A stretch of 64,000 nucleotides of DNA from the NCBI RefSeq assembly GCF_006345805.1, contig NC_043002.1, positions 20,336,001 to 20,400,000 on the forward strand, in the 5' to 3' direction. A program made the position numbers and the translations under genes. Below the pieces are notes generated by a model. The model had not been told where the DNA came from and made no database searches. It saw nothing but the letters and a program-made list of their open reading frames with translations. The stretch's first letter is position 1. Each line of letters starts with the position of its first letter. The DNA is from Octopus sinensis. Lineage: Eukaryota. Positions 63,901-64,000 of the stretch are shown piece after piece.

Positions 63901-64000
63901 ACTGCAACTGAAACCCGGGTGTCTTTTTGGTCAGTTGAAAGTAGTTTTGGCACAAGTTTGGCAGACACACATCTCATACGCAAATCTTCAGTGACAACAG

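Overview
AT-rich, microsatellite-dense eukaryotic DNA with no prokaryotic features. The repeat repertoire (tRNA-derived SINEs, RTE-type LINE 3' ends with (ATG)n tails, mariner fossils, (TA)n/(CA)n/(AAT)n tracts) suggests a coleoid cephalopod, probably Octopus; this is inference, not a database result. Most of the window is transposon-derived. It holds at least four tRNA-SINE families, RTE and R4/Dong-type LINE fragments, three mariners, a Merlin-like fossil, hAT, pogo and piggyBac-like MITEs, a Helitron 5' fragment with a 69-bp (23-aa STPR-like) coding repeat, and Penelope-like or fold-back elements. Almost all ORFs in the supplied track are microsatellite or repeat artefacts. No host gene can be named. 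A CpG-retaining zone (~46-55 kb) with GC boxes and a strong ATG/GTAAGT exon at 51291-51348 (-) suggests a gene start whose long introns may cover the left of the window. Most notable is a ~430-bp highly self-complementary element at 27867-28300. It carries a type I minimal hammerhead ribozyme on the minus strand whose only stem II defects are two CpG-decay changes, making it a candidate retrozyme or Penelope-LTR family. Also notable: microsatellite-targeted Dong-like insertions nested in a fold-back element, a permuted tandem array of an RTE 3' UTR, and an inverted amplification bounded by (TA)n.
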